Positions 32,355 through 45,500 of a DNA stretch of 64,000 bases are shown here, piece by piece. The first letter of the stretch is position 1, and each line of letters starts with the position of its first letter. Where the stretch lies: assembly GCA_965225945.1 (NCBI GenBank), contig CBDDBZ010000031.1, positions 1-64,000 of the forward strand, in the 5' to 3' direction. This DNA is from Alphaproteobacteria bacterium. GTDB taxonomy: Bacteria; Pseudomonadota; Alphaproteobacteria; GCA-2731375. The translations under genes and the position numbers were made by a program. Under the pieces are notes generated by a model, which had not been told where the DNA came from, made no database searches, and saw only the letters and a list, made by a program, of their open reading frames with translations.

Positions 32355-34319
32355 ATGACTCAGACCGACATCGCCCCGGACGCGGCCGCAACGCTTCCCA
32401 GCACGGACGAATTCGAGGCTCTTCTGGAGAACAGCTTCATCGCCAAGGAAAATCTCGAGGGATCCGTCGTCAAGGGTACGGTCATCGACATGGACGACGA
32501 CGCGGTCACCGTGGACGTCGGCTTGAAGACCGAAGGTCGGGTTCCCTTACGCGAGTTCTCCAAGGCCGGCGAGGACGCCGAGCTCAAAGTCGGCGATGTC
32601 ATCGACGTCTATCTGGAGCGGATCGAGAACGCCCTCGGCGATGCGGTCCTGAGCCGCGACAAGGCGCGCCGGGAAGAGGCCTGGAACGTCCTGGAGGTGG
32701 CCTTCAACAAGAACGAGCGGGTCGAGGGCCAGATCGTCAATCGGGTGAAGGGCGGCTTCACCGTCGATCTGTCGGGCGCCATGGCCTTCCTGCCGGGAAG
32801 CCAGGTCGACATCCGGCCGGTTCGCGACGTCACCCCGCTGATGGGCATGACGCAGCCCTTCCAGGTGCTGAAGATGGATCGCCGGCGCGGCAACATCGTC
32901 GTCTCCCGCCGCGCGGTGCTGGAGGAGACGCGGGCGGAGCAACGCTCGGAATTGGTCGCCAACCTGAGCGACGGCCAGGTCCTGGAGGGCGTCGTCAAGA
33001 ACATCACCGACTACGGCGCCTTCGTCGATCTCGGCGGCATCGACGGGCTGCTGCACGTCACCGATATGTCCTGGCGTCGCGTCAACCATCCGACCGAAGT
33101 CCTCTCGATCGGCGAAACCGTGAAGATTCAGGTCATCAAGGTCAATCCGGAGACCCAGCGCATCAGCCTCGGCATGAAGCAGTTGCAGCAGGACCCGTGG
33201 GACGGCATCGAGATCAAGTATCCGGCCCAGACCAAGTTCACGGGCCGCGTCACCAACATCACCGATTACGGCGCCTTCGTGGAGTTGGAGGCCGGCGTCG
33301 AGGGCCTGGTTCACATCTCCGAGATGAGCTGGACCAAGAAGAACGTGCATCCGGGCAAGATCGTCTCGACCTCTCAGGAGGTCGAGGTGATGGTGCTGGA
33401 GGTGGATCCGGACAAGCGCCGCATCAGCCTCGGCCTGAAGCAGTGCATGGACAATCCCTGGCTGGTCTTCGCCGATCGGAACTCGGTCGGGTCCACGGTC
33501 GAGGGCGAGGTCAAGAACATCACCGAATTCGGTCTCTTCGTCGGTCTCGACGACAACATCGACGGCATGGTGCATCTCTCGGATCTCGACTGGAACCGGC
33601 CCGGCGAACAGGCGCTGGCGGAATACCGCAAGGGCGACACGGTCCGTGCCAAGGTGCTCGATATCGATACCGACAAGGAACGGATCAGCCTCGGCGTCAA
33701 ACAGTTGTCGGACGATCCCTTCTCCGCCGCCGACACCTTGAAGCGTGGCGCGGTGGTCACCTGCACCATCGCCCAGGTCACGGACAACGGCATCGAGGTG
33801 ACGCTGGCCGGGGGTCTCAGGGGCTTCATTCGCAAGTCGGACCTGTCGCGCGATCGCAGCGAACAGCGCCCGGAGCGTTTCGCCGTCGGCAACAAGGTCG
33901 ATGCCCTGGTGACCAGTCTCGATCGCTCGCAGCGCCGTATCGGCCTGTCGATCAAGGCCCGCGAGGTCCGGGAGGAGAAGGAGGCGGTGGCACAGTACGG
34001 CTCCTCCGACTCGGGCGCGAGCCTCGGCGACATCCTGGGCGCCGCCATCACGCGCGCCCGGCGCGACGCCGAGGGGAGCGAGGCCGAGGCCACCGAGGGT
34101 GACGAGCCGGACACCGTGGCCGAGGTCGAGGCGACGAACGGTGACGAGCCGGACACCGTGGCCGAGGTCGAGGCGACGGAGGGTGGCGAGGCGGACGCCG
34201 TGGCCGAGGTCGAGGCGACGGAGGGTGGCGACGCGGACGCCGGGATCGAGGTCGAGGCCGTGGAAGCAACTCCCGACGAGGCCCCCGCCGACGAGCCATC
34301 GACGACGGACAAGGCCTGA
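32355..34319 (+). CDS. rpsA: 30S ribosomal protein S1 with acidic repeat tail
   Basis: Six S1 domains (VKNITDYGAFVDLG etc.). Located after cmk. Confidence 0.98.
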   Translation: MTQTDIAPDAAATLPSTDEFEALLENSFIAKENLEGSVVKGTVIDMDDDAVTVDVGLKTEGRVPLREFSKAGEDAELKVGDVIDVYLERIENALGDAVLSRDKARREEAWNVLEVAFNKNERVEGQIVNRVKGGFTVDLSGAMAFLPGSQVDIRPVRDVTPLMGMTQPFQVLKMDRRRGNIVVSRRAVLEETRAEQRSELVANLSDGQVLEGVVKNITDYGAFVDLGGIDGLLHVTDMSWRRVNHPTEVLSIGETVKIQVIKVNPETQRISLGMKQLQQDPWDGIEIKYPAQTKFTGRVTNITDYGAFVELEAGVEGLVHISEMSWTKKNVHPGKIVSTSQEVEVMVLEVDPDKRRISLGLKQCMDNPWLVFADRNSVGSTVEGEVKNITEFGLFVGLDDNIDGMVHLSDLDWNRPGEQALAEYRKGDTVRAKVLDIDTDKERISLGVKQLSDDPFSAADTLKRGAVVTCTIAQVTDNGIEVTLAGGLRGFIRKSDLSRDRSEQRPERFAVGNKVDALVTSLDRSQRRIGLSIKAREVREEKEAVAQYGSSDSGASLGDILGAAITRARRDAEGSEAEATEGDEPDTVAEVEATNGDEPDTVAEVEATEGGEADAVAEVEATEGGDADAGIEVEAVEATPDEAPADEPSTTDKA

Positions 34320-34352
34320 TCCCAGGCGCCGGGCCAGCGGAAAGCCGACCCC

Positions 34353-35249
34353 GTGGATACCGAGGCTCTCCTCGACCGCTATCGGCTGAAGCGACGCCTG
34401 GCGATTTGGCGGACGGTGGCGATCCTTGCCATTGTCGGCTTCGCCGTCACCATGGTGGCGCGTTTCGTCGACGCGCCGGGGGAGCATATCGCGCGGCTTT
34501 CCGTCGACGGGATCATCGTCGAGGACGCGCGGCGCGAGGCGGCGCTCTACCGCCTGGTCGAGGACGACGAGGCGCTGGCGCTGATCGTCCGCATCAACAG
34601 CCCGGGCGGCACCACGACGGGGAGCGAGGCCCTGTTCCGCAATCTCCGCCGGGTCGCGGAGGAAAAACCGGTCGTCGCCGTGATCGGCACCATGGGCGCC
34701 TCGGGTGGCTACATCGCCGCCGTGGCGGCGGACTACATCATCGCGCGTGAAACCTCGCTTACCGGTTCCATCGGCGTGATCCTGGAGACGGCCGAATTCA
34801 GCCGCCTGTTGGAGAAGATCGGCATCACGGCGGAAGCCGTCACCAGCGGACCGCAGAAGGGTCAGCCCTCGCCGATCGCGCCGATGACGGAGGAGACGCG
34901 CGCCGCCGTTTCCGCGGTGGTCGGCGATGCCTTCGATTGGTTCAAGGGATTGGTCGCCGAGCGGCGAAAGTTGAGCGAGGAGGAGATCCTGGTCGTCAGC
35001 GACGGGCGAGTCTTCACCGGCCGCCAGGCGCTGGGTCACAAGCTGATCGACAGAATCGGCGGCGAGCGGGAAGCCATCGGGTGGCTGGAGCGGGACCGCG
35101 AGATCCCGGAGGACCTTCCGATCGTCGAGCTGGAGTACCACGAACTGCCTCCGCTGATCGAACGAGTGGCAACCAGATGGGCCGGAAAAGTCCTGTCCTT
35201 TGAACCACTTATGCTTGACGGGCTGCGTTCCGTCTGGCACCCTCGCTGA
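34353..35249 (+). CDS. sppA: Signal peptide peptidase SppA
   Basis: INSPGG, ASGGY, TGSIGV, DGRVFTG.QA. Confidence 0.92.
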   Translation: MDTEALLDRYRLKRRLAIWRTVAILAIVGFAVTMVARFVDAPGEHIARLSVDGIIVEDARREAALYRLVEDDEALALIVRINSPGGTTTGSEALFRNLRRVAEEKPVVAVIGTMGASGGYIAAVAADYIIARETSLTGSIGVILETAEFSRLLEKIGITAEAVTSGPQKGQPSPIAPMTEETRAAVSAVVGDAFDWFKGLVAERRKLSEEEILVVSDGRVFTGRQALGHKLIDRIGGEREAIGWLERDREIPEDLPIVELEYHELPPLIERVATRWAGKVLSFEPLMLDGLRSVWHPR

Positions 35250-35292
35250 TCCCGTCGGGGAGGATCGAGGTCGGCGGGAAGGGGAGGGGGCG

Positions 35293-35583
35293 ATGATCAA
35301 GTCGGAATTGATCCAACGTTTGGCCGAGGCCAATCCGCACCTCTATCAGCGCGACATCGAGCGTATCGTCGGCACGATCTTCGACGAAATCGCCGCTGCC
35401 CTGCAGCGCGGGGACCGGGTCGAGCTTCGCGGCTTCGGCGCCTTTTCCGTCAAGCGTCGTCCGGCCCGGATCGGCCGCAACCCCAGAACCGGGGAGCGGG
35501 TCGATGTCGCCGAGAAACACGTGCCGTTCTTCAAGTCGGGCAAGGAATTGCGCGAGCGGCTGAACGCCGGCGGCAATGAATAG
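35293..35583 (+). CDS. ihfB: Integration host factor beta subunit
   Basis: MIKSELI...[11 protein letters not shown]...GRNPRTG...[12 protein letters not shown]. Confidence 0.96.
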   Translation: MIKSELIQRLAEANPHLYQRDIERIVGTIFDEIAAALQRGDRVELRGFGAFSVKRRPARIGRNPRTGERVDVAEKHVPFFKSGKELRERLNAGGNE

Positions 35584-35608
35584 CGCGGTTCCGGGAGGTT
35601 TTGCCGCG

Positions 35609-35944
35609 GTGAAAATCCTGATCTGGATCGTGCTGCTGCCGCTGGTGTTGATCGTCATCGCGCTCGCCGTGGCCAACCACGAGGCGGTCGTGATCAGCCT
35701 GGAGCCGCTTCCCTTCCGCTTCGCGCCGCCGCTCTACCTGTTGGTGCTGGTCTTCGCCTTCCTGGGTCTGCTCGGCGGTCTTTTGGTCGGCTGGACCCGC
35801 GGCTTGCGCTGGCGGGTCCGGGCCGGGCAGGCGGAACGCGAGGTGGCGCGCCTGGAGGGTGAGCTCAGGCGCGAGCGGGAGATGACGAGTCCTCCGAGGG
35901 GGCACGGCGGCGGCCTGCCGGCCAGGATCGGCCGCGCGGCCTGA
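35609..35944 (+). CDS. lapA: LapA-family (DUF1049) membrane protein
   Basis: Two TM segments with AVAN..V...L.P and a coiled-coil tail. Follows ihfB. Confidence 0.75.
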   Translation: MKILIWIVLLPLVLIVIALAVANHEAVVISLEPLPFRFAPPLYLLVLVFAFLGLLGGLLVGWTRGLRWRVRAGQAEREVARLEGELRREREMTSPPRGHGGGLPARIGRAA

Positions 35945-36047
35945 GGCCCGTCCGCCGCCGCCCGCGCTACCCTCGACATGTTCGATCTGCTATAACGCGC
36001 CGCCCGCCAGGCCTGGGTGGGATGTCCGACAACACACGGCGACGCCG

Positions 36048-36755
36048 ATGCGAAGCCCCTTCTTCTGTGCCATCGACACCACCGATATCGATTCTGCGCG
36101 GCGGCTGGCGGCGATCGCCTCCGCCGTCGGCGCCGGCATCAAGGTCGGCAAGGAATTCTTCACCAGCCACGGGCCCGAGGGCGTTCGCCGCCTGCGTGAG
36201 GACGGCCCGGCATCGCTCTTTCTCGATCTGAAGTTCCACGATATCGCGAACACGGTGGCGGGTGCGGTGCGGGCGGCGGCGGCGCTCGGTCCAGCGATCG
36301 TCAACGTCCACGCGGTGGGCGGCCGGGCGATGATGCGGGCCGCCCGGGAAGCGGCCGAGGCGGCGGAGGGCCAGAGGCCCAAGGTCATCGCCGTCACCAT
36401 CCTCACCAGCCTGGACGAGGGCGATCTCGACGAGGTGGGTCTTGCCGGCCCGGTGGCGGCGCGGACCGTGGCGCTGGCGCGGCTCGCGCGGGACTGCGGG
36501 CTCGACGGCGTGGTCTGCTCGCCTTGCGAGATCGCACCGCTTCGCGACGCGTTGGGAGCCGATTTCCTGCTCGTGGTGCCGGGGGTCAGGCCGGCGGGCG
36601 CCGCGCCGGGCGACCAAAAGCGGGTGACGACGCCCGTGGAAGCGCTCCGCCTCGGTGCCGATTTTCTGGTCGTCGGCCGCCCGATCAGCGCCGCCGCGGA
36701 CCCGGCGGCCGCGGCCCGAGGGATTGCCGAGGAACTCCGGGAGGCGGGATCGTGA
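36048..36755 (+). CDS. pyrF: Orotidine-5'-phosphate decarboxylase
   Basis: [34 protein letters not shown]. Confidence 0.96.
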   Translation: MRSPFFCAIDTTDIDSARRLAAIASAVGAGIKVGKEFFTSHGPEGVRRLREDGPASLFLDLKFHDIANTVAGAVRAAAALGPAIVNVHAVGGRAMMRAAREAAEAAEGQRPKVIAVTILTSLDEGDLDEVGLAGPVAARTVALARLARDCGLDGVVCSPCEIAPLRDALGADFLLVVPGVRPAGAAPGDQKRVTTPVEALRLGADFLVVGRPISAAADPAAAARGIAEELREAGS

Positions 36756-37405
36756 GCGGGGCCGTGACGGCGAAGATTTGCGGCATCAACGATGCAGACG
36801 CGCTGGCGGCGGCGGTCGCGGGCGGCGCGGCGCTGCTGGGGTTCGTTTTCTATCCGCCCTCGCCCCGCGCGCTCAGCCCCGGGGCGGCGGGTGCGCTCAC
36901 CCGCCTGGTGCCGGAAGGAGTGCGCCGCGTGGGTCTCTTCGTCGACGCGGCGGACGACACCATCGCCGAGGTTCTGGCCGCCGCGGAGCTCGACCTGTTA
37001 CAGTTCCACGGCGACGAAAGCGTGGCGCGGGTCGCGCGCGCGCGCGCGCGTTTCGGCCTACCGGTCGCCAAGGCCATCAAGGTGGCGGCGCGCGAGGACA
37101 TCGAGGCGGCGCACGCCTACGAGGCGGCGGCGGACCTGCTGCTGTTCGACGCCAAGGCGCCGACGTCGATGCGCGACGCGCTGCCCGGCGGCAACGCCCT
37201 GGTGTTCGATTGGAACCTGCTCGCCGGCCGCCTCTGGCAGCGGCCTTGGATGCTCTCGGGTGGACTGGATGCGGCGAACGTGGCCGAGGCGGTCCGGATC
37301 AGCGGCGCCACCTCGCTCGACGTCTCCTCCGGGGTCGAGCGCGCGCCCGGAGACAAGGATCCCGCGCTCATCAAAGCATTCCTTGACGTCATCCGGACCC
37401 TATGA
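36752..37405 (+). CDS. trpF: Phosphoribosylanthranilate isomerase
   Basis: [30 protein letters not shown]. Confidence 0.95.
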   Translation: MSGAVTAKICGINDADALAAAVAGGAALLGFVFYPPSPRALSPGAAGALTRLVPEGVRRVGLFVDAADDTIAEVLAAAELDLLQFHGDESVARVARARARFGLPVAKAIKVAAREDIEAAHAYEAAADLLLFDAKAPTSMRDALPGGNALVFDWNLLAGRLWQRPWMLSGGLDAANVAEAVRISGATSLDVSSGVERAPGDKDPALIKAFLDVIRTL

Positions 37406-37422
37406 GCTAGGTTCGCCGCACC

Positions 37423-38634
37423 ATGGAAAGTCCCAATTCCTATCGCGCCGGACCCGACGCATCGGGACATTTCGGCATCTTCGGCGGCCGTTTCGTGGCC
37501 GAAACCCTGATGCCGCTGATCCTGGAGCTGGAGACCGCCTATCGCCAGGCCCAGGCGGACCCGAAGTTCCGGGACGAGCTCGACGGCTATTTGCAGCACT
37601 ACGTCGGTCGGCCGAGCCCGCTCTATTTCGCCGCGCGGCTGACGGCGCATTTCGGCGGCGCCAAGGTCTATTTCAAGCGCGACGAGCTGAACCACACCGG
37701 GGCCCACAAGATCAACAACTGCATGGGCCAGATCCTGCTGGCCCGGCGCATGGGCAAGACTCGGATCATCGCCGAGACCGGGGCCGGCCAGCACGGCGTC
37801 GCCGCGGCGACGGTGGCGGCGCTTTTCGGGCTCCCCTGCACCGTCTACATGGGCCAAACGGATATCGAGCGGCAGAAGCCAAACGTCTTCCGCATGCGTC
37901 TTCTGGGAGCGGAGGTGCGGCCCGTCACCAGTGGCTCCCGCACCCTCAAGGACGCGCTGAACGAGGCGCTGCGCGACTGGGTGACCAACGTCGAGGACAC
38001 CTTCTACATCATCGGCACGGTGGCGGGGCCGCATCCCTATCCAGAGCTGGTGCGGGACTTTCAGTCGGTGATCGGCCACGAGGCCAAGGCACAGATGGAG
38101 GAGGCGGAGGGCCGGCTGCCCGACACGCTGGTCGCCTGCATCGGCGGCGGCTCCAACGCCATCGGCCTATTCCATCCCTTCCTCGATGACGAAGCGGTCG
38201 AGATGCACGGGGTGGAAGCCGCCGGGCGCGGCCTCAAGAGCGGCCAACATGCCGCCTCCCTGACCGCCGGCTCGCCGGGCGTGCTGCACGGCAACCGGAC
38301 CTATCTGCTACAGGATGACGACGGCCAGATCATCGAGGCTCACTCGATCTCGGCCGGCCTGGACTATCCCGGTATCGGGCCCGAGCATTCCTGGCTGCAC
38401 GAAATCGGGCGGGTCGAGTATGTGACCGCGACCGACCGGGAGGCCCTGGACGCCTTCCAGCTCTGCAGCCAGCTCGAGGGCATCATCCCGGCCCTGGAGC
38501 CGGCCCATGCGCTGGCCCATGTCGCCCGGATCGCGCCGGAGCGGCCGGCCGATCACATCATCTTGATGAACCTGTGCGGGCGCGGCGACAAGGATATCTT
38601 TACCGTCGCCGAGGCCCTGGGGATAGACTTGTGA
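37423..38634 (+). CDS. trpB: Tryptophan synthase beta chain
   Basis: [32 protein letters not shown]. Confidence 0.98.
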   Translation: MESPNSYRAGPDASGHFGIFGGRFVAETLMPLILELETAYRQAQADPKFRDELDGYLQHYVGRPSPLYFAARLTAHFGGAKVYFKRDELNHTGAHKINNCMGQILLARRMGKTRIIAETGAGQHGVAAATVAALFGLPCTVYMGQTDIERQKPNVFRMRLLGAEVRPVTSGSRTLKDALNEALRDWVTNVEDTFYIIGTVAGPHPYPELVRDFQSVIGHEAKAQMEEAEGRLPDTLVACIGGGSNAIGLFHPFLDDEAVEMHGVEAAGRGLKSGQHAASLTAGSPGVLHGNRTYLLQDDDGQIIEAHSISAGLDYPGIGPEHSWLHEIGRVEYVTATDREALDAFQLCSQLEGIIPALEPAHALAHVARIAPERPADHIILMNLCGRGDKDIFTVAEALGIDL

Positions 38635-39479
38635 GCGGCGGCCGGGCACGGATCGAGGCGCGCTTCGCCGAGCTTCGGAGCGCCGGGCGGGGTGGCCTGA
38701 TCACCTTCCTGACGGCGGGCGATCCCAACTACGAGCTATCGCGCGAGATCCTCTTCGGCCTGCCGGAGGCAGGCGCCGACCTGATCGAGCTCGGCATGGC
38801 CTTCACCGATCCGATGGCCGACGGGCCGGCGATCCAGCGCTCCGGCCGCCGCGCGCTGGACGGCGGCATCACGCTCGCCCGCACGGTGGAGCTGGTGGCC
38901 GAGTTTCGCCGCGTCGACGAGACCACGCCGATCATTCTCATGGGCTACTACAATCCGATTCACCACTATGGCGTCGCCGGCTTCCTCGCCGATGCCCAGG
39001 CGGCCGGCGTCGACGGGCTGATCGTCGTCGACCTGCCGCCGGAGGAGGACGCGGAGCTCTGCCTGCCGACGCTCGAGGCCGGGCTCGGCTTCATCCGTCT
39101 GGCGACGCCGACGACCGACGACAAGCGGCTGCCGGCGGTGCTCGCCAATGCCTCGGGCTTCGTCTACTACGTCTCCTATACGGGCATCACCGGGGCGCGC
39201 GCGATCGACAAGGCGGTGGTGGCGGAAGCCCTGGCGCGCCTCGCCCGGCATACCGATCTGCCGCTCGCCGTCGGTTTCGGCATCCGCGAGCCGGATCAGG
39301 CCCGGGCGATCGCCCGGGTGGCCGACGCGGTGGTGGTCGGCTCGGCCCTGGTCGACGTGATCGCCAAGGCCGTGGACGCCGACGGCGCCGCCGACAGGTG
39401 TGTCACGGCCCGGGTGCATGCGCGAGTCCGGGCGCTGGCCGAGGCTGTCCGGGGCGCCCGAAACCGGGTCGAGGCTTAG
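38631..39479 (+). CDS. trpA: Tryptophan synthase alpha chain
   Basis: AGDP, IELG..F.DPMADGP.IQ, MGYYNP, GFGI. Confidence 0.96.
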   Translation: MSGGRARIEARFAELRSAGRGGLITFLTAGDPNYELSREILFGLPEAGADLIELGMAFTDPMADGPAIQRSGRRALDGGITLARTVELVAEFRRVDETTPIILMGYYNPIHHYGVAGFLADAQAAGVDGLIVVDLPPEEDAELCLPTLEAGLGFIRLATPTTDDKRLPAVLANASGFVYYVSYTGITGARAIDKAVVAEALARLARHTDLPLAVGFGIREPDQARAIARVADAVVVGSALVDVIAKAVDADGAADRCVTARVHARVRALAEAVRGARNRVEA

Positions 39480-39490
39480 GATAGCTCGCG

Positions 39491-40771
39491 GTGAACTGGC
39501 TCACCAACTTCGTCCGCCCCAAGATCCGCGCCCTGGTGCGTCGCACGGAGGTGCCGGACCAGCTCTGGACCAAGTGCACCGGCTGCGGGCAGATGTTGCA
39601 CCACAAGGCGGTCGCCGAAGCGCACTACGTCTGCCCCGAGTGCGATCACCACATGCGGGTCTGTGCCAGGGACCGCTTCGAATTCATGTTCGACTCAGGG
39701 ATCTATAGCGAGGTCACGGTGCGGGAGGTGCCGACCGACCCGCTGCGCTTTCGCGATCAGAAGCGCTATATCGACCGGCTGAAGGACATGCGCGGCAAGA
39801 CCGGTCAGGACGACACGATCGTCGTCGGCCGGGGCCGCATGGGCGGGCACGCCGCCGTGGTCGCGTGCCAGACCTTCGACTTCCTCGGCGGCTCGATGGG
39901 CATGGCGGCGGGCGAGGCGGTGATCGCGGCGGCCCGCGCGGCGATCGAGGACGATGCCGCCCTGATCATGGTCACCGCCGCCGGCGGCGCCCGCATGCAG
40001 GAAGGCATCCTGTCGCTGATGCAGATGCCGCGCACCACCATCGCGGTGCAGATGGCGCGGGAGAACGGCCTGCCCTATATCGTCGTCCTGACCGATCCGA
40101 CCACCGGCGGCGTCACCGCCTCTTACGCCATGCTGGGCGACATCACCATCGCCGAGCCGGGGGCGTTGATCGGCTTCGCCGGGCCTCGGGTGATCGAGAG
40201 CACCATCCGCGAGCGCCTGCCGGAAGGCTTCCAGCGGGCGGAGTACCTGCTCGAGCACGGCATGATCGACATGGTGGTCCACCGCCACAAGCTTCGCGAA
40301 ACGCTGATCCGGATCGTCGATCTGCTGCGCGTGCCGGACCGCGGGGCGCGGGGCGGCGAACCGGTGACCGTCCTCACGGTCCCGCTCGAGCCGGATCCGG
40401 TGGCGCCTCCGGACGACGAGCCTAGCCTCGAGCCGCCTACGCCCGAGCTTCAGCCGCCGATCGAGCCGGCGAGTGCGGCGCTGCCGGATCGCGAGCCGGA
40501 CGAGGACGAGACACCATCCGAAGACGCCACCTCCGAGGACCAAGCGCCGGAGACGCCGATCGTCGAGACCGAGGCCCCGGAACCCGAGGCCGCCGATGCG
40601 GCGCCTTCCGAAATCGAGGTCGAGATCGAGGTCGAGGTCGAGGAGGTCGCGATCGTCGCCGAGGAGGTGCCGGCCTCGCAAGCGCCGGTGGAAGAGGCGA
40701 CGGCGGAGGCGGAACCGCTGGTCCTCGATTTGGAGGTCGAAATCCCGGAACCGCGTCGCCGCGATGAGTGA
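39491..40771 (+). CDS. accD: Acetyl-CoA carboxylase carboxyltransferase beta subunit with long Pro/Glu-rich tail
   Basis: WTKC..C..C..C Zn finger, [30 protein letters not shown]. Confidence 0.96.
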   Translation: MNWLTNFVRPKIRALVRRTEVPDQLWTKCTGCGQMLHHKAVAEAHYVCPECDHHMRVCARDRFEFMFDSGIYSEVTVREVPTDPLRFRDQKRYIDRLKDMRGKTGQDDTIVVGRGRMGGHAAVVACQTFDFLGGSMGMAAGEAVIAAARAAIEDDAALIMVTAAGGARMQEGILSLMQMPRTTIAVQMARENGLPYIVVLTDPTTGGVTASYAMLGDITIAEPGALIGFAGPRVIESTIRERLPEGFQRAEYLLEHGMIDMVVHRHKLRETLIRIVDLLRVPDRGARGGEPVTVLTVPLEPDPVAPPDDEPSLEPPTPELQPPIEPASAALPDREPDEDETPSEDATSEDQAPETPIVETEAPEPEAADAAPSEIEVEIEVEVEEVAIVAEEVPASQAPVEEATAEAEPLVLDLEVEIPEPRRRDE

Positions 40772-42089
40772 GGGCGCCGCGCGCAGCCCGCTCGACGAGA
40801 TGCTGCGTCGCCTCGAGGGGCTGCACCCTCGGGTGATCGACCTATTCCTCGGCCGGATCGAGCGGCTGCTGGCGGCGTTGGGCCATCCCGAACGGCGCCT
40901 CCCGCCGGTCGTCCATGTCGCCGGGACCAACGGCAAGGGCTCGACCATCGCCTATATGCGCGCGGCGCTCGAGGCGGCGGGCCATGGGGTTCACGCCTAC
41001 ACCTCGCCCCATCTGGTCCGCTTCAACGAGCGAATCCGACTTCGTGGCCGGATCATCGACGATGCCCGGCTGCTCGAGGTGCTGGAGGCGGCCGAGCGGG
41101 TCAACGGCGGCGCGACCATCACCTTTTTCGAGATCACCACGGCCGCGGCCTATCTCGCCTTCGCCGAGACGCCGGCCGACATTCTGTTGCTCGAAACCGG
41201 GCTCGGCGGCCGGCTCGACGCCACCAACGTCATCGAGCCTCCGGCGCTCTCGGTCATCACGCCGATCTCGATCGATCACCAGCAGTTCCTGGGCGAGTCC
41301 ATCGTGGAGATCGCCGCCGAGAAGGCCGGCATCCTGAAGCCCGGCGGGCACGCCGTTATCGGCCCCCAGTCGCGGGCGGTGCTGGACGTGCTTCGGGCGC
41401 GCGCGGGAGCGCTCGACGCGCGCCTGGTGACGCATGGCGCGGGCTGGCGCGCGCGGCTGTCGGGCGATGGCCTGATCTTTCAGAGCGCCGAAGGCGAGCG
41501 ACGGTTTCCCCACCCGGGCCTTGCCGGTGGCTATCAGGTGGAGAACGCCGGACTGGCGATCGCCTGCCTCGACCAGCTCGCGGCGTTCGAGGTGGGGGAC
41601 GAGGCGATCGCCGAGGGACTTCGGCGCGTCGAATGGCCGGGGCGGCTGCAGCGCTTGACGCGGGGCCCGCTGGTCGAGGCGGGCCCGAGGGGAATGGAAC
41701 TCTGGCTCGACGGCGGCCACAACGCCGGTGCCGGCGTCGCCTTGGCGCAGGCGCTGCTGGACTGGTCGATGCGCGACGCGGTGGAGCGGCCGCTCTACCT
41801 CGTCTTCGGTATGGTGGTCAGCAAGGATCCGGCCGCTTTCCTCGCCCCGCTCGCGAGCCTCGGGCCGCGCCTGGCCTATGTGGAAATTCCGGGCGAGCAC
41901 CAGAACTTGCCGAGCGCCACGGCGCTCGAGGCGGCGGAAGCCCTGGAACTTTTCGCCCGCGCGATGCCGGATCTAGCGAGCGCGATGGCCTGGATCGCGG
42001 GCGAAACCGAGCAATCGGGGCTGCCGCCCCGAGTCCTTATCGCCGGCTCGCTCTACCTCGCCGGCGTCGTTCTGGCGGAAAACGGATAG
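40764..42089 (+). CDS. folC: Folylpolyglutamate/dihydrofolate synthase
   Basis: [47 protein letters not shown]. Confidence 0.96.
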   Translation: MSEGAARSPLDEMLRRLEGLHPRVIDLFLGRIERLLAALGHPERRLPPVVHVAGTNGKGSTIAYMRAALEAAGHGVHAYTSPHLVRFNERIRLRGRIIDDARLLEVLEAAERVNGGATITFFEITTAAAYLAFAETPADILLLETGLGGRLDATNVIEPPALSVITPISIDHQQFLGESIVEIAAEKAGILKPGGHAVIGPQSRAVLDVLRARAGALDARLVTHGAGWRARLSGDGLIFQSAEGERRFPHPGLAGGYQVENAGLAIACLDQLAAFEVGDEAIAEGLRRVEWPGRLQRLTRGPLVEAGPRGMELWLDGGHNAGAGVALAQALLDWSMRDAVERPLYLVFGMVVSKDPAAFLAPLASLGPRLAYVEIPGEHQNLPSATALEAAEALELFARAMPDLASAMAWIAGETEQSGLPPRVLIAGSLYLAGVVLAENG

Positions 42090-42094
42090 TCGGA

Positions 42095-42430
42095 TCAGGC
42101 TCCAGGGCCTCCGATCGACTGCTCGATCCATTCGACGATCTTGCCCTTGGGCACGGCGCCGATCTTGGTCGAGACCACCTCGCCGTCCTTGAACAGGATC
42201 AACATCGGAATGCCGCGGACGTTGTATTTCGCCGGCGTCGAGGGATTGTCGTCGATATTGAGCTTGGCGACGGTCAAGCGAGCGCCCATCTCGCTCGCGA
42301 TCTCCTCCAGCGCCGGGGCGATCTGCTTGCAGGGCATGCACCATTCCGCCCAAAAATCGACCAGCACCGGTTCGGAGGATTGCAGCACGTCTTCATCGAA
42401 GGATGTGTCGCTGACGGGCTTGCTTGTCAT
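42095..42430 (-). CDS. trxA: Thioredoxin (WCMPC active site)
   Basis: VLVDFWAEWCMPCK, VRGIP. Downstream of addA. Confidence 0.92.
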   Translation of the reverse strand: MTSKPVSDTSFDEDVLQSSEPVLVDFWAEWCMPCKQIAPALEEIASEMGARLTVAKLNIDDNPSTPAKYNVRGIPMLILFKDGEVVSTKIGAVPKGKIVEWIEQSIGGPGA

Positions 42431-42519
42431 GGCTCTTTCCCTGCGTTCGTGGCCCGCGCTCCCGAGTTCTCGGTCTGACGGCTCCCCTCGGGAAAAACTA
42501 GGAGGGCGGCGAAGGACCG

Positions 42520-45500
42520 TCAAGGCGCGTGTCGGTCGAGGAGATCGTCGGGAATTTCCATCAATCGCGGCGACGCGGTCCACAGCAGTGCCGAGCGCAC
42601 CCGCCGAGAGGGATAAATCCCTTGCAATACGGCGCGATAGGCAGCGAGTTGGGCCAAATAGACCGGCGCCACCTCGGCCGCGGTCCCGGGCGCCGGGCGA
42701 TTGCTCTTGTAGTCGACGATCAGCACCTCCTCGTCGAGGATCGCCAAGCGGTCGATCTGGCCGGAGACGATTCGCGCGCCGACCAGGCCAGCGATCGGAA
42801 CCTCGGCGCGCGAGCCGGGGCCGAACAAGGCGGCGAATTCGGGCGTATGGAGGACCGCGATCGCCTCCGACGCGAGTTCGCCCCGGGCGGCCGCGTCGCC
42901 GACGCTCGCCTGGCGCAACAGCCGCTCGGCCACCGCCTCTCGCTCGGGTACCGGCACCTCGGACAAGTGTTGCAGAAGACGGTGCAGCAAATTTCCCCGG
43001 CGGAAGCGCGCGCCCCGGTCACCGCCGAGCGGCGGCTCGACGGGCGGCCCCTCCGGCCCGGCGTCGGAGGGGGCGAGCGGGCGGGGCGGCATCGGCTCCG
43101 GGGGCGCCGGACGCTCCAGCCATGCCGCCGGCGTCTCCCCGTCCCGGCCGATCGGCGCGGCGGCCGCCGCCGCGACCGCCTCGAGCTGGGGCGTCTCGTG
43201 GCGCAATACCTCGGCACCGTCGGCGAGCCGCGCCGGCCTCGCCAATTCGGCCATCGCGCGCTGGACCAGGTCGTACCAGCAGCCTTCCGGCAGGCTAGCG
43301 CGGGTCTGCCAACCGGCGATATACAGGCGATCGCGTGCCCGCGTCATCGCGACATAGAGCAGACGGTGATATTCCCGCTCGCGCTCGCGCATCGCCGCTC
43401 GTTGCAGCGCGCCGCAGTGGGCGGGCTCGATGCGCCGCCGAGGCACCCAGAAAAGCAGTTCGGAGCCGTCGTCCGCGTGGTCCCAATAGAGCGGCGGATC
43501 GCTTCGAGGCAGCCTCATGGTGTCGGCCAGGATCACGATCGGCGCTTCCTGCCCCTTGGCGCCGTGGACGGTCATGACCCGGACCTCGTCGCGAGCCCGT
43601 TCCATATCGCGCTTGACCTCGCCGCGACCGCCCTCGATCCAATGCAACAGGCCCTGCAGCGAGGGCGTGTGTTGCTGCTCGTGGGCGAGCGTCAGGGCCA
43701 GGAACTCGTCGATCGCCTCGTCCGCTTCCCGGCCGAGGCGTTCCAGCAGCCGGCGCCGCCCGCCCTCCACGTCCAGCACTGTCGAATACAATTCGAAGGG
43801 CGCGGTGAAGTCGGCCGCGGCGCGCCAGCGGCGAAGCCGCTCGTGGGCGGCGCTCAGCTCGGGATCGTGGCGCCGTCGCGCGCCCAGGGTCCGCCACAGG
43901 CCGCGCCCCGGCCCACGATCCCGGGCGGCGCGGTAGAGCGCCTCCTCGTCCAGACCGACCAGCGGGCTCTTCAACAGGGCCGCGAGGTTGAGGTCGTCTT
44001 CCGGCAACAACAGAAAGCGGCCGAGCGCCAGCAGATCCATCACCGCGAGCTGCTCCACCAGCACCATGCGGTCGACACCGGCGACGGGCACCTGCTTCTG
44101 CTTCAGCCGTCGAACCACTTCGGTGACGAAGGGGCCGCGTCGTTGCACCAGTATCATGATGTCGCCGGCGCGAATTGGCCGCCCCTCGGAGGCGAGATTT
44201 TCGCCCCCGTCCAACCACGCCCGAATGCGCTCCGCCAGGGTCTCGGCGAGCCGGGCCAGCGGGCGTTCGACTCGTTCCTGCGTCACCGGCGGATCCCAGG
44301 GCTCGGCCGGGGCCTCGTCGAGCGGAACCTCGGGCGGCCAGAGCTCGACCCGTCCGCCCTGGCCCCGGCGGTGCGGATAGTGCCTCGCCGTCCCGCCGGC
44401 GGGGATCACGCCGTCGCCGGCCGAAGCGTCCTGGAAAACCGCGTCGACGAGATCGAGCACGGCCGGGGTCGAGCGGAAGGAGAGCACCAACTCGAGATCG
44501 TGCCAGGTCTCGCCGACGTTGCGCGCGCGGGCGGCGAAGTGGCCCGCCATGTCGACGAAGCCCTGGGGATCGGCGCGTTGAAAGCCGTAGATCGATTGCT
44601 TGGGATCGCCAACGGCGAAGACCGTGCGGCGGACCTCGCGGGCGCTCTCGCCGGCGAAGAACTCCTCCGCCAAGCGGCGCACGACCTCCCACTGTTCGGG
44701 ATTGGTGTCCTGCGCCTCGTCGATCAGGATGTGGTCGATTCCGCCATCGAGTTTGAACAGCACCCAGGGCGCGGCGGCCGGATCGGCGAGGAGATCGCGG
44801 GTCGCCAAGATCAGATCCTCGAAGTCGACCAGACCGCGCCGCCGCTTTTCCGCCTCGTAGGCCTCGATGACGCGAAACCCGAGGCCGAGGAGGGCGGCCG
44901 TCGCCTCGGCCACGGCGATCGCGCGAAGCTTGTCGTCGAGCGCCTGCAGCCGCGCCCCTTCCGCCGCCAGGACCTCCTCGCCGTCGGGCTCCAGCGCCAG
45001 CGCTTGTTTGTATATGAGGCTGGCTCGAGGCTCGCCTTCGCGGGTCAGGAATGCGGCCATGTAGTCGTCGATGCCCGCCACGCGCGCCGCCGGGTTTTCC
45101 AGCCACTCGGTGATGCGCCGGCCGTTCTCCCGGTCCCGCTTGCCGCCCTCGAGCATGGCCTCGCCGACACGGTAGAGGTTCGCGCCGTCGAAGGCGGCCT
45201 CGCCCGAAGCCGCCGCCAGGACACCCGCCGCATCGTCCTCCGGCGCCAGGGCGAGCCGCGCGCGGGTCCGGCGCATGACCGCGTCCAGGGTCGGCCCGCT
45301 ACGGGCGAGGCGGGTGAGCCGGGCCCGCGCGCCCGCCAACGCGCGCATCACCGCCATGTAGCGCTCCTCGTCGACATGGGCGGCCAACACCGCGCTCAGG
45401 GGCTCGGGTCGGGCCACGTCCTCGGCGAGCACCCGTTCCCTGGCCTCGGCCAGGAGTTCCTCGGCGGTTCGCTCGTCGACCACGTCGAAGCGCGGCGCCA

